DNA of 64,000 bases from Spizellomyces punctatus DAOM BR117 (Eukaryota). The stretch lies in assembly GCA_000182565.2 (NCBI GenBank), contig KQ257461.1. One strand, given 5' to 3'. A program made the translations under genes and the position numbers. The notes beneath the pieces were generated by a model. The model worked only from the letters and a program-made list of their open reading frames with translations. It had not been told where the DNA came from and did no database searches. Shown in pieces: positions 48,535 to 62,270 of the stretch (its first letter is position 1; every line of letters starts with the position of its first letter).

Positions 48535-50298
48535 ATGGTCGTTCGACTTCCCTCGCCACTTCGCGAAAAGCCAACGTTTAGCGCGATGGATCTAGAGCCC
48601 ATCAACGGGTCCGTTGAGGAAGGAATACATCGACCGAAGGGAGCCAAAGACGATGATGACTCTCAAGAAAATGTCAAAATTGAGGAGACGGTTGGAAAGT
48701 ACCCGGCGCCCGTTACACCCAATCGGTGGAAGGGCGTAAATCAGATTATAGTACATGCACTTCGAGGCGGGATGCGATCGTTTCTGTTGGCGTATGCGAT
48801 GAGAGGAGGAGTTTCATTTTTGATTCGGTTGGTGAGAGTGTTGAAGGGAAGGTGTGTAGGCCGTTACATTGTAAATTATGAAGGTAGTCGGTCGCAATGG
48901 TGCTCACGATATGATGACATTTTCATTAGACTTTCCCTGTTGGCTGCTCTGCGTGCCTTCTTCTCTGGCGAATCCCGTCGATTTGCTCTCATGATTGGTT
49001 CCTTTTCCTTTTCCTGGAAACTTATCAATAACCTCCTGTTCCACTTTCGCGGACGGCAGTCCAAACTCAACGGCTTCATCGCTGGATCTATAGCGGGCCT
49101 GTCCATCTTGTTTGAAGAGAAAGAGACACGGATGAGTATTGCCCAGCAGTTTTTGGTGAGAAGTATGCAGGCTGGATATAATGCTCTGAAAGCGAGGGAT
49201 GTGGTGCACTTTCCATATGGCGACACGGCATTGTTCATGGTGGCTTGTGGGAGTATTCTGTACGCATATATTATGCAACCTGGAACGATCCCAAAAGAAT
49301 GTAAGAGTGCTCGAATTTGAATGAAGGTGCTCAAAATGTACTCATGGCTGTTTCAATCGTTGTAGATTACTCGTGGATGATCAAGACAGCTCGCATGCCC
49401 GTACCCATGCTTAACTTTAACCGATCAAATTACCGAGCGTGGGAGCAATCAGCAGTCAAACCGCTGGTCGATACCAAGCTGGTCACTGACATCATCACCC
49501 ACAATCGTGAAGGATACCATCCATCCGCTGTACCGAGAGCACTAGAATATATTTCCCGAAACAATGGCACGATGCCCATCGTTCCCTGTAGTGTCCTTCA
49601 CCCAACGGACCCCAGCTGCATTACCTACAATTCAAAGCTTCTGGGAAGAGTTATGATTGGGATTGCTCCCGTATATGCTGCACTGAATTTTGTCCCGATG
49701 GTGCTATTGAAGACTGGTAAATTTGTCAAAAAGTGAGTCGTTTCCTTCGGATGATGTGCTGATAAGGCCATTCTCACATAGTCTCTCTACTAGTCCTGGA
49801 CACCTGACGACCCGCGGTATACTTTCCACCTTCCGTTCCTCCCTCTTTCTTGGAGTCTTTGTTTTCATCTACATGTCTGGGATCTGTACCCAACGAAACA
49901 TCGCCACCTCGCGTCTTGGCTCTCTGATTCCTTATCTAAGCCGCGATCATAAGCTCGTCTACTATCTCCTTGGCCTCCTCTGCTCCACCTCCATTCTCAT
50001 TGAACACAAGTCCCGTCGAAGCGAATTGGCCATGTACGTCCTCCCAAAAGGACTACAGAGCTTGTGGATGGTATTGCATCAGCGAGGACGGATGTTTAGA
50101 GTGCCCAATTTTGAAATTTATATGTCAAGCGTGGCGATGGGAATTTTGATGGTAAGAATTCGAAAATCTTTGATTCTGTAGTGCCCCTGATTTTGTCTGA
50201 CGTTTATTTTATCATCCTAGTCGGTTTACCAAACTGAACCGCAGAGAATGAGCTCACTCTTATTCAAAGTGATGGAAAAAATTATTGGCAGAAACTGA
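48535..50298 (+). CDS. TMEM135/PMP52-like multi-pass membrane protein
   Basis: NGFIAGSIAGLSILFEEKETR, GDTALFMVACGSILYAYIMQP, VPCSVLHP, STFRSSLFL, EHKSRRSELAMYVLPKGLQS. Last exon 50221-50298. Confidence 0.8.
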
Positions 50299-50414
50299 GC
50301 ATTTTGTATATTATTTTTTTGTAGTATGTTTTTACATATCATATATGATTTTATCATGAAATAGACTGTTCTTCTATTGTTACATGCGTTCTAACCTTGT
50401 CCAACTTTCATGAT

Positions 50415-52370
50415 TCACATCTTTGGTTTCAGGCTGTCCACATCTTTCGACAACTCCTCCAAAAGCTCCCGATCTTCTTTGGTCAATCGACGATGTGGCA
50501 GCACTGAACTCCCTGGACCGCGTCTTGGCACCATATTTTCAGGGACACCCAGCTCCCTAGATATCACGCCCACAACCCTCTCTTCGCAAAAACTACCTTG
50601 ACAAGGCCCCATCCCGGCTCTTGTCCGTCGTTTTATAGCGTCAACACTGCGAGCAGGTAAAGGCCTGTGAATGGCATCTATAATCTCTGCCTCCGTGACT
50701 CTTTCACACCGACATATAATGTTCCGAGCTGGATCGGGGTCATCTATTCTACCACTAAACTCGGACGTCTTGCGAATGATGATTGCTGGGCGATTAGGGT
50801 TGAATGACGGATTCGGCTCGAGCTTGACTCTACCAGTCTTGCCCAAGATTTCAACTACTAGTTTTGCTACCGCTGGCGAACTGGTTAGTCCGGGTGAATC
50901 GATTCCAGCAACATTGATGAATCCTTTGACGCTTGGGCTTTCTTCAATGATGAAATCCCCGCGAGAACATTTGGAACGAAGACCTATGTGATGATCGGTG
51001 AACACGAGCCGACTTGTATCTGGAAAGTGATTCCATACCTGTATAAGACGTTATTGCAGCCCCTACATCAAAATCGGGAATGGAATGGCGTGCCGAGCGG
51101 AGAATGAGTTCAAGCACCTCCTTGTTGGTCATGGATGCTTCGTGTGTTCCACGTGAGGTGGGACCGAGCAAAAGATTTCCATGCTTGGAGGGACATTATT
51201 ACATGGCCGGATTGAATGAACGAAAAGAGAACTTACATAAGTTTGGCTGACCAGGATGCCTTTACCACGTTCGGGTGAGGGGACTGGGAACAAGACGTGT
51301 CTCGCAAGGTGGGCTTGCGACTTATTTAGAATAACATACTCGCCTGGGGAAGGGTAGTTGATAGCTCAGGCGCTGCCTCTCTCAACATGACTATGTGTGT
51401 ACACCTGAGTTACCCACCTTTTCTGGGCTCAATAGAAAAGTTATTTGCGCCAACCATCGCCGCAACCCTATCCGAGTACAGCCCCGCACAGTTAATTACG
51501 ACCCTCGTCCTAAAGCTCTTTCCACAGTCGGTTTTGACAATGAAACCAGGTTGATCATGTGCGGGCTGAATGTCAACAACTTCATGCTTGAGGTAGAAGG
51601 AGGTACCGTTTGTTATCGCGTTTTCGGCCAGCGCAATAGTGTACTCGTAGGGTGAGGTAATACCCGTTCCCGGACAATACAAAGCAGCGAAAACATCACG
51701 ATGGATGTGTGGTTCCCGCTGACGAACCTGATCGCGGTTCAGAATGACAAGATCTTTAACACCATTCTTAAACCCATTTTCCATCAACTCGTTCAATATG
51801 GGCATTTCGCTAGGATGGTATGCGAGAACCAGCGCCCCAACTCTTCTAAATCCAAAATGGAGTTCACGCTCAAGAGCATCAAACATTTCATTTCCCGGTC
51901 TTGCAACCCGGGATTTCACCGTTCCGTGTTGTTCATCATAACCTCCATGCACAATGCCACTATTTGCTTTTGAGGCTCCTTGTGCAACGTCATCGGCTTT
52001 CTCGAGGACCACGGTGTTAAGTTTATATTTTGAGAGCTCTCGCGCAATGGAGCACCCAACTGCACCGGCGCCGATTATGATAACATCCGATGGAGGTGGG
52101 GAGGCCAGTTTTGGTGGGGGTGGAGGAGTCCACGACTGTGTGCCATTGGTTGGTGGAACCTGGTTTGACTATGGAGGAGAAGGTTAATTAAGAAAGTTCA
52201 CCGACTAATAACGCTCTTTCAGAAGCATACGCGTGGACATGAACGACAACCGTCGCGCTCACCCGAGCATGAAGGTGAGAACGAGCCCCTGCATCTATCC
52301 AAGTCTTCAATATTGTGCATCGTAATGTCGACAGTGAAATGCCCAGTGTGCAAAACTCGGTCAAGCGCAT
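50415..52370 (-). CDS. FAD-dependent oxidoreductase, LhgO/GlpA-like, with C-terminal BFD-like [2Fe-2S] domain
   Basis: [80 protein letters not shown]. Start codon uncertain. Confidence 0.87.
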
Positions 52371-52490
52371 AGTCGTGGATGAATCATCACATGTGGCTTG
52401 GTTAGCATGGCATCGGAAGCGAGGCCGTCGACAAGCGCAGCAAGAAGAAAACGACCAAGTACAAAGAGATCTACTTGTAAAATGATTATT

Positions 52491-53744
52491 CTATAGATAG
52501 GATACTATCGATGCTAGCGATATTTGCCCCAATGTTGATCCAACCACTTGCCGCAAACCAAAGGTCCATATGGCCGCTGCCAACATTGTAGCACTCAGCA
52601 GCCCATCTAGGTGCGACAATTTAGTAAGCAGGAAAGCACCAAAAGTCTTACAAAGAGGTATAACATAGCCGATATATGCAACACCCATTGGAGAGTTGAA
52701 AGTTGCTGCCACCCAAATGATACAGACAAGATTTGAAGTAGCCAGTCCAGTACATGCCAGTGCCATCCAACCACTACTCCTATTAACCTGACAGAGGCAT
52801 GAATCTCACAATGTTGAAAAGCCTTCAAATAAACAGTCGCCTACCCTTTTAGCACACACACGTAAATCGTCCATGTCTTGTCCGATGGCGGCAAGGTCAA
52901 TACGCACCTCCGAGATGATTTGTACGAGCTGGTTTCCGCACGATTTGATGAGCCATGCGCCATGGGCCAATCCCAGAAACCAGATGATCACCGCTGCGAG
53001 AAATGCGAGTGAAGATCGATCTCTATCTACCCGCTGCTGATAATATGAGGAGATACATCACGCTGCTCCAGTCCCTAGAGTTGAAACTATCCGTATAAGT
53101 ATCATCAACCGCCGTATACGACTCCGAACTGGGGTTGCTTTAAGGCTAATAACCAACATGTCGACAGGCATCTCCACCAAGAGCCTACGGTACTGTTACC
53201 CTTGGGGCAAATCCCCCGCAAGATTGCTAGGTTGCGAAACTCACCAAGTGTAACAAATGAGAAAAATGGCGGCGAATTCAAATTCACCTGCCATGAACCA
53301 GATGATATTACCAATCCAGTAATGTGTTTCGTGAAAGAAGATGTAGATGAGGTTGTATGATGCATATCCTACAGGAAAACAAAACTATTTTAGCGTTCGT
53401 TATCCGAGAACCGCGAAATGGAAGAAACATGAAGCTAAGCCTGCAAAAGCAAGGATCTTGGCGGCAGGTTTACAAAGATATGATCGCCCTTGATGGACAA
53501 GTTCAATGACAAGCACTCCCAAACTGAGGAGAGTCAGCATCATGTTGAAGACCATTGCGAAAAGACCCAAACCCAGCTGGTAACGTGTTAGGACGCAACC
53601 TCCATTGAGAAAAAAGCCCCAATCGCGGCTGTAAAAGAAATACGAGGGGTTGGCTACATTAAAATACTCTGAACATGCTCGTTTACATGCCTTAGACTCT
53701 CTGGGTGCCTCCAGTTGAGGAATGGGCAGTCTGGAGATGGCCAC
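52491..53744 (-). CDS. Possible multi-pass membrane protein, spliced; the model is uncertain and may be degenerate
   Basis: Four consecutive minus-strand ORF fragments carry long hydrophobic stretches with splice-like boundaries. A clean in-frame model could not be built. Confidence 0.35.
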
Positions 53745-54440
53745 TGTCTCATTAACCTAGTAGGACGAATGGGACAGTATGAGCATTGACCAATAGGTCC
53801 GACAGGATCTACTACACCAAGCACGAACGACGTCCTCGTGAATAAACATTTGGGATCGATCCCCTATTTTTTTGACATGCGGCTAAGCTTGTTGCGAACC
53901 CATGGGCAATGATTCTATTGAATGCTTATGCATGGGGGTCAGACTCCTGGGGATATTTCCAGATCTAAGCATTCCAGAAGTTGGTCCGCAGTGTAATATG
54001 CATATTATATCGCCAATGAAAGAAAAGCTATTGGGCAATCATGAACGCTAAGGTAACTCAATCACAAACTTATATACCAGTAGAGAATCCTGGTGTTCTG
54101 CGGGATGCTGGTCAGCAACTCGCACTCTGCATTCTAATGGTCTTTGGTTATCATTGAGTGGGATCCAGAAGGAGGAATGCGGACAGCCAGGCCTTTTACT
54201 ATATAGAGACGGACCCTCCTATGCGCATTACTTGGCAATGGACTATTTCGCTTGTGAAGTGTATGGTCCGTAGGGACACGCGGTCTAGGAAGCCCCGTTT
54301 CCCGTAATCATAACACACCTGACGCCAGCTTGACGCAACCTCTGAAGAACCAAACTGCATAAAAACCGTAAGGCGAGCCGCCATTTTTTAGTTGCTCACA
54401 CCGTTTGAGGACTATATCAACATCGCACTTTTCGTTAACC

Positions 54441-55530
54441 ATGCCGACAACTGACTCTACTCTCCGCAACTTGTCAGCTCTCGTTACTGGATCTAGTAGA
54501 GGAATTGGTAGATCGATTGCATTGGCTCTTGCTGGGGAAGGGTACGCTACCTGCTGTATCGTGAAAGAACGTTTTTTTACGCCCTTCAACTGAATTACTC
54601 CCAGATGTCGATTGGGACTTATTGCCCGTGATAAACACAAACTCGATGAGGTTCGGGAAGAATGCCTCAAAGCAGGTTCCCCAGAAGCCATTGTTCTGGC
54701 ATGTGATGTCACCAAAGATGAAGAGACTGCCGCCACCATCGAGAAAGCCAAACAAAAGTTCGGGTCCATCAACATTTTGGTGAACAATGCAGGCGTAGGA
54801 GGAGCTGGACCTTTCCATTCGGCTGAATGGGAGAAGATACGACATGTCATTGACATGAACTTGATGTCGTATATGCGCCTGACACGGTTGGCTTTACCTC
54901 TTATAAAGGTTGGAAAACAAGTGTGAGAGCCGGTTTCTAGCGAGTTTCCTCATTCGCTTTATTTCAGGACACTGGTCGCGGATACATTATCAATATTGCG
55001 TCTGTTGCTGGAAAGGTATTCGGGGTTATTGTACAGTGCATATAGGGACAAACCATTGAATTTTGAGATACAGCGTACAATGAAGGGCAATGCAGATTAT
55101 TGTAAGTAGTCCTTGATTATCTGGAAATGCGCAGAGCTCAATTTGATAAACATAATTTTCTCCAGCGACTTCCAAAGCTGGGGTCATCGCTTTTAGCAAT
55201 GGCTTGTTTGAAGACGTCCGGGATGACAACATCAAGGTTTGCGCGATCAGCCCCGGGTAAGCAACAGTCATATGGCCTTTTTTCTAAAACAGCACTCATT
55301 GAATTTCATGGTAGATATGTTGAAACTGATATGACAGCCAATGTTCAGAAGGACCATGCGAAATTCATCAGGCCAGAAGATATCGCCCGTACTGTATTGT
55401 TTGTCTGCAAGGTAGGATGAAACGATGCTGTTGCGCTTCCAGTGATGCGTCCTATATAACTCTGTGGATGCAGTACCCTGAAAATAGCTGTCCGACGGAG
55501 ATTGTCGTCATGCCGCAGAAAACTGTATAG
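54441..55530 (+). CDS. Classical short-chain dehydrogenase/reductase (SDR), multi-exon
   Basis: ALVTGSSRGIG, LACDVT, ILVNNAG, IINIASVAGK, YxxxK split by an intron (ADY..ATSKAG), AISPG|YVETDM, IRPEDIA. Confidence 0.9.
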
Positions 55531-55952
55531 ATATCGGATAATGATTCTGTGATGCAGTACATGGTTGTATTGTATATTTGGGGGCTTCCCACATCTTTAA
55601 CGGTGCACCTAGGTTGGACCCTCAGTACCAATTTTGATCACTTGAATTTCGCAGAAAAAGCTTGTTTCTCAACGAAAGTAGTTGCGATATGATGTAGGGG
55701 TTTGACTCCGTCAGCCTCAGGCTGCATCATAAAGGGCAAGCCAAATGAATTTTTCCAAAGAGCTTCCTTCACAACCATTTAGCAGTTGATCTTTTTGCAC
55801 GTTCTGACTCTGGAACCAGTCTTCTGCTAAAGTACGCTCTCCTTCCCTTACGATTGAGTGTGCAGCATAATTTGGCTTTTCCAACCAGAACTCAGTGATT
55901 GAACTACCAATTGACCACTCTCAAGTAAGACGAAGACGAAAACAGGAACAGG

Positions 55953-56246
55953 ATGAAAATCGAAGACGAGGAAGCAGGGCAAGCATCCGTACGCTCCGTC
56001 TATTAACTCCATGCGTGGACCGCATGGTATTCATCAGTGTATTGCCAGACATCCAAGACCCGCAGCCGCACCCCTTGGACTGCCAACGAGGAGGTAGACT
56101 TATGGAACGCAATTTCCGACGCATTGTCTGGCCAATGGTCTTCCATTGCAGCAAAAGTTAAGACCAGGGGTCCTACCACCTGTAGTACGCATTTCAAGGC
56201 GTTTCTGGGCAGGGAAATCAAGAAATTGAAGAATGTTGAAAAGTAA
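55953..56246 (+). CDS. Small single-repeat Myb/SANT protein (about 77 aa)
   Basis: RTPWTANEEVDLWNAI..GQWSSIAAKVKTRGPTTCSTHF matches Myb spacing (WT..E / W..IA....R....C..H-aromatic). ATG 55953 plus intron 55989-56048 is in frame. Confidence 0.65.
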
Positions 56247-56462
56247 AGTCTGGCCGGTTCGTATTATGGGAGGGTTTAGCTAGGGTTTCCTTGTAAATGT
56301 ATATCGAATACTGGCTGTTGGGCAGAAAAAAGAAACGATCCCGTTGCGTCTGCAATAGAACTCTCCTAGTATCCATTTCATGCTTTTTAGGCCCATCGTA
56401 TGGGCAGAAATCGTTCAGTACGCGTTCCCCTTGCGAGCTGTGACGTGCGCCCAATCCAGGCG

Positions 56463-57869
56463 ATGAAAGAAAAGGTGACTAGTAAACTCCAACTTGTCGT
56501 AAGTTATCACGGGCCTAACTCGAAATATCATTCGCAAGACTCCCCCTCTACGCTCTCTTGTGGCCGGCGCCACGGCCGGGGCTTTGAGCGCATGTATAAC
56601 CTATCCTCTCGAATATGTAAAAACTCAAATGCAGTTGGCAGGCAACAAGGGGGTAAGTCATCGTTCCAGATGACGGGCTGAATGCATTCTTACCGTATGG
56701 CATATCCATGCTGTAAGAAATATGCAAATCCTCTACAATGCGCCGTTGAAATCAGCAGAACTCGTGGCATTTTAGCACTTTATAGAGGATTGCCCGCTCT
56801 AGTGATTGGAACAGCAAGTAAAGGGGCTGTGAGGTTTACAGTATTTGAATGGGTAAGATGGGCTCTTGGAGAGGACCATGATGGGATCGCAGGTGGCTGG
56901 AAGAATGGAATTGGTAAGTAGGCCCCAAAGGATGAGGTCTCTTGTCTAATGACAACCTTGGTTAACACATACCCATCTTCAAAATAGCTGGTACCGCAAC
57001 AGGGATTGTAGAAGCAGTCTTGGTTGTTACACCTACTGAAGCCATAAAGTATGCATCTTTAGAATGTTAACAATGCGTCTTGAGCAGTCTCGCTAATCAT
57101 ATACCTTTGTTAATTTTAACAGAACACGTTTGATCGCAGATCAGAATACCGAGAAGCCTCGATTCCGGGGCATGCTTCATGGTTAGTAGCCTCTCGTAAC
57201 TTAGTGGAACCTCTAAAGCAGGGCTTAACCATGGACTTCATCAGGGACAGCGACTATCTTTAAAGAAGAGGGACTGGGCGGGATTTATAGAGGTACATTC
57301 CCTGACGGCGGAGACGCAACTCTAATCGGTTTTGCTAATATCGTCTATCAAAGGAGCGACAGCAGTCATAGCTCGTCAGGCAGCCAACCAAGCGGTTAGA
57401 TTCACTGTTTATGGAACTTTAAAAGATGTCGCAGAAAAAAAGTTGCGGGATGGAAACCAAACAAGTGCTATACCCTGGTGGGTGCACTTTATCAATGGTG
57501 AGTAAGAATGCTACATCAGCCAAAGCCGATTCTGATGGTCAATTTTGACTACACTCATGTAGGATCCATTTCGAATGTAATCACCACATATGCGACCAAT
57601 CCCCTTGATGTGATCAAAACTCGAATGCAAGCACATCATGAAAAGAGCAATCTTTTCCACGTCTTCCGATCCATTCTGAAAGAAGAAGGTGGAAAAGCGT
57701 TTTGGAGAGGTGTCACGCCAAGATTGGGAAGGATGATCGTAGGTATTGTCTCTACTAATTCAAATCGGACGCCATTTAATGGGATTACCTCCTTCTTCAG
57801 ATCGCTGGTGGTGTGATTTTTACAGTCTATGAAGAAACATGCACAATTCTTCAGAAAATTGGGATGTAG
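56463..57869 (+). CDS. Mitochondrial carrier, tricarboxylate/citrate transporter-like (SLC25A1/Ctp1 type), many small exons
   Basis: Three carrier signatures: TYPLEYVKTQMQL, VTPTEAIK|TRLI and NPLDVIKTRMQ. Also LYRGL..GTASKGAVRF, RQAANQAVRF and FWRGVTPRLGR. Confidence 0.85.
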
Positions 57870-58125
57870 CAGACATTCTGCTGGGCATCACAAAAGAATC
57901 TCGTCACCCTCATCTCTTGAAATAATTCCATTGTAACATACATACGACTTATATAAACAATTCATCCGTGAACTGGCCAAAACTATCCTAGAGCTGGCTA
58001 AGTACTCTCTATCTTCTTCACACACAAATAGAGAATAATCCCGATGTAGACCGAATGTCTGTGGAAAGCAAAGGAACGCTGTTGTGTAAGTTTACTGCAC
58101 TTCAGAATGTTTATGTTCAGGAGAC

Positions 58126-60332
58126 TTACACTATCGGTTCTCGCCAGAACTCTCTTATCGCCCACCTCCCCCAGATTTTCACGTTTTCCCATGTTCTAGC
58201 AAGTGCATACCGGGACAACGCCATTGCTATCATCATCGCTCGTCCAAAGCTGTCATCGCGCTCCTGCATTGCTTCAGAGCTTGCTGTCGCAATTGCCATT
58301 TTGATGTCCGTATATACGGCGGCAATGGCAAAGCCAATGGGATGGATAGTTCGTCGTACACGTCGCCTGATGCGGCCCAAGAATGACCACGAAGGGGGCG
58401 CTGGCAATGGCTTCCGTGGGCGTCGGGATAGCTTGGTTTCCGGATCCTTTGACAGCTCGTCCAAACTGTCTTCTACGCTCGCTTCAATTGCGGGTAGTAG
58501 GAAACCCGGTGTTGTGGCTGCCGTGGCGACATGCAAAACGGTTCCTGTTTGTGTCTCTAGTTGGGCATCTACGGTAGGGGTGACTGGAACCTGAGCTTCC
58601 GTGGATGAGAATCCAGAGTCTGCACTGATTACTTCTTCCTTGAAATTACCCGACAGCATACGCCGGAACGTCTTGAATTGATCACCAAGTGGTTGCCCGG
58701 CTTCAGTTGGAGATGTAGATAGCATTTCCGTTGAGCCCTCTGCTGAGTCTGTGCTCTCTGCAACCGATTTCAAGATCATCTTCATTGCATCATCCGCGTG
58801 GCCATCATTGCCATCTGCAAGAACCATCGTCCCAAGTACGACCGAATTGTCGCCATCATCATCCCCATGCTTTTGAACAAATGTGCCCACAACTTGGTCC
58901 TCCTCCGTTTCTGCAAAGTTTGTCGTCTTTCTGACGATCGTGGCCGGAACAGCACCATCTTCGTCCGCTGTCATGTCCATCACTTTCTTCTTCTTGCCCT
59001 TTTTGGATTTTGCTTTGGTTTTTTTGTCGTTTTTGACTACAGTCGTCTTGCCTCCAGTCGTCGCAGCACCGCTGACTCCAGCACCCTCTATTTTGGCTTT
59101 TGCCTTGTTTGTTTTTATTTCAATTGCTTCTTTTACTTTTTCCACAATTGGCTTTCGGAGCTCTTTCGCCTCTGCTCCGGTTTTACCAACATATGGTGCG
59201 ACGAATGGATGTGTCAATAGATCCTTGGCAGACGGCCGAGCTTGAGGGTCCTTTGTCAGGCATTTGGATAGAAAGTCAATGAAAGTAGGGGAGAATCGAG
59301 ACGGGTTTTGCACGGTTGGGGGTGGCAGGAATGGGATCTTGAACATTGCCCGCATGGGATGGAGATTGTGGTGCGGTGGAACTCCATCAGTCATCTCAAT
59401 TGCGGTGATTCCAAGTGACCATATATCTGCTTCGGTACCGTATCCATTCCCAGTGATGACTTCCGGACTACAGGGGACAAGACATTTGTTAAATATCCTG
59501 CACTTGCAGAAAATACAGCTGTGTGCGTCCTACCTCATCCAATATGGAGTTCCCACAACTGTTCTGCGGGCCCCCACTGTCTGTGTGAGTCTTTCTGACA
59601 CGCCAAAATCCGCGATCTTGACCTCACCCTCTTCACTTAGGAGTATATTTGCACACTTGACATCTCTGTGCACAATACCCATGTCATGCAAGAAAGCCAA
59701 CCCCTCCAACGCTGCAGTTAACACAATGGCCGTTTGCTTTTCGCTCAGAGTGGACTCTGCGAGTTCCATGCAATCACTGACAGATCCTGCCCCACAATAG
59801 TCCGTTAAAATCCACATGGCGTCTCCGACAGGAACACATCCGTAATATTGAAGCACATTCCGGTGTCGACATTGTCGTAGCAGATCGATTTCCTTCTTGA
59901 TCGCCTCTTTCTCGTTATCTCTATCAGCCTGAACTTGTTTAATCGCGAGAACAAATCCAGATTGGGTCAACTTGGCCTTGTAGACGGCTCCAAAAGCACC
60001 TTCACCGAGCTTCTCTTGGAGAGTAAACATTTCCTTTGGGTCCTGTGGTTCACCACAAAAAGCATATGCTCAGTATGTCCGCTACATTATGGATATAAAA
60101 AAGTCGCACGACGTACCCCTTCTCCAAACCAGTTGAAATCCGCATCGACATGAACCTTTTTCACAAAGTTGGAAGGTCCGCTAATCCCCCGCGACAGCTG
60201 TGCTCTCGTTGAAGATTCACCCGATCCTTTGTCTTTTGGATTTTCGTCATCGTGGGCCATCAACCCAGTTATCTTGTGAAACCAATTGGGACTGCCATCC
60301 CGGCTGGTTACGTTGCGTGCGTCGTGCCGCAT
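58126..60332 (-). CDS. STE20-family Ser/Thr kinase (MST-like catalytic domain) with N-terminal CRIB-like motif
   Basis: LGEGAFGAV, LAIKQV, DYCGAGSVSD, HRDVKCANILL, ADFGVS, VGTPYWM|xPEVI, ADIWSLGITAIEM and HPMRAMFKIP. The 5' exon encodes ISGPSNFVKKVHV. The start could be 60332 or 60261. Confidence 0.9.
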
Positions 60333-61028
60333 TCCTTAGTGATATGACTGAAATACGGAGAGGGTGAGGGAATGCAGAAAATCAACAGGTATTTGATGCA
60401 TGCAAAAGCAGGAACTACAGCGCACTACCTCGTCTGCAAAGTGTCAAACAGTACTTTGCAGCCGCAAATTGACAGATGGCTTTGCATATGTCATTCAATG
60501 AGGCTGGTTTCTTTGCTCCATTGATCTCAATTGTTGGCAACCTTTTTGACAACTGTAATTACTGTGCATTTTCCAAAGCGCGTCCAGAACAAGTTTAAAA
60601 AAAGCAACAGCCCGACTATTCGACGCTCATTTTGGAATCAATTGTTAGGGGGACATGGCTTAAAGACATTCGCATGAGATATGGGAGAAGCTCTAACCGT
60701 ATCTCATAAAACCATGCTGACGCCATAATTCCAGTGATTGTGCATCAGAGCCAGGACAACCACTGCAGCTAGTTCTGTTTGCAGATGACGGGATTGCAGT
60801 ACGTGGACGTGACAATATGAAAAAGCATTAAAGTCTTCCCAACCTGCTGCATATATCCGCAGACCACAGATATCAAAAGAGCAAATCGAACGCTGATAAA
60901 GACCACTATTTGGTGGAAGGCAAGACGACAAGACATTCCGCTTAGCGAATGCTTACCTCACCTGTCCAATTTGGGGGATATGAGATAGATATCCTTGTAA
61001 ATCAGGATATTGTGGAGCGCGGTTACCA

Positions 61029-62270
61029 ATGAACAATGAGAGCCGGAATGTGAGCAATGGTGAACCGAATAACGACAGCACCGTCGCTTTGACGAACGTA
61101 GATAATACCACAAGCGGCATGCAGGGGGAGAGCTGGACTCACCGGGCTGCTGAAGCACATGGTGAATATACAGGGACGGCTTTCGTTGACAGAGGTCAAG
61201 CGGCCCGTTCAAGTCAAGACAACAGCGTGAGATGGGTCACGGTAGAAACAGTCTCAAACAATGATAACAGTGCAAAACGGAATGAGAAAATAGTGGGGCC
61301 GCAGGTGTTACAGTGCGTTGAGAACGAGACAATGGAAGCACGCCGTGAAAACAGGGGTGATCGTAGCCAACTCGAATGGCGCCGCAGAATGGCTGAGGAA
61401 GGCCGGCGTCTACATAGGCTCCGGCAGCGCGAGAAACATGAGAGTATCAACCAAGGAAGTGTCTCGTACTATAATTTACGGTCGAGGACTGTACGAATCA
61501 GGAGCCTGTCGCCCGAAGGTGATCGGTCCCGCAATGGACGCAGACGAAGCATGTCAATCCCAATACCCGACAATGATGTCAACTATCCGTGGCATGATGG
61601 ATCTCTTACGAATGGCAATAACCAGGTAAATGCGGGATTGCGGGTCGGTCATTGTATCTTAAGCTGGTCTTGATGACACATTTTCTTGTTATCATTCGGT
61701 CAGTCACCTCTGAAGAAACATGGATCCGGTAAAAAGGGTAGACAGAGCAGATTGAGGGCTGTGAATATTGCAGAGTTTGAACGGGAGCGATATGCGAATC
61801 GAAAAATGAGTAAGGCGGACAAAAAAAAGGCGAAACGGGAACGCCAACTCGCCCTCGAGAGGACACAGATAATGGACCTCTCGCAGCAAGTTTTTACCGC
61901 CGCGTCTTTCAAAGGGAAGCCGTCAGGGGGGTCTTTATTCATTCCGCCTGGAATGGCAGATGCTGCATCAATGTCATCCTTTGACGAACCGGTCCATCCC
62001 AAGATGGCAGTCCCTCTATCCGCGGCCCACTTCAGCAGCTCTGCCAACAATGGCGATCCGAACATTGATTACAGCGACGGAAAGCCGATTCCTATTCCAA
62101 GGAATGACCACCTTACGGTGTGGGACCCGAGTGAAGCGTCTCACCTATTATTTGGCACCAACGGTGCGGGAGCGCCATTGTTAGGCAAACGAAAGGAGAG
62201 GTCCGGGAGTCAGTCTCCCATCGACTCTCGCAAGGCAAGGAGAGCGCTGGAAGGCTCTGCAAGCAGTTAG
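61029..62270 (+). CDS. Uncharacterised basic, disordered protein, probably 2 exons
   Basis: Adjacent long ORFs 61029-61673 and 61686-62270 with a candidate intron (donor gtaaat at about 61626, acceptor cag at about 61703). Contains NLS-like Lys/Arg runs. Confidence 0.5.
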
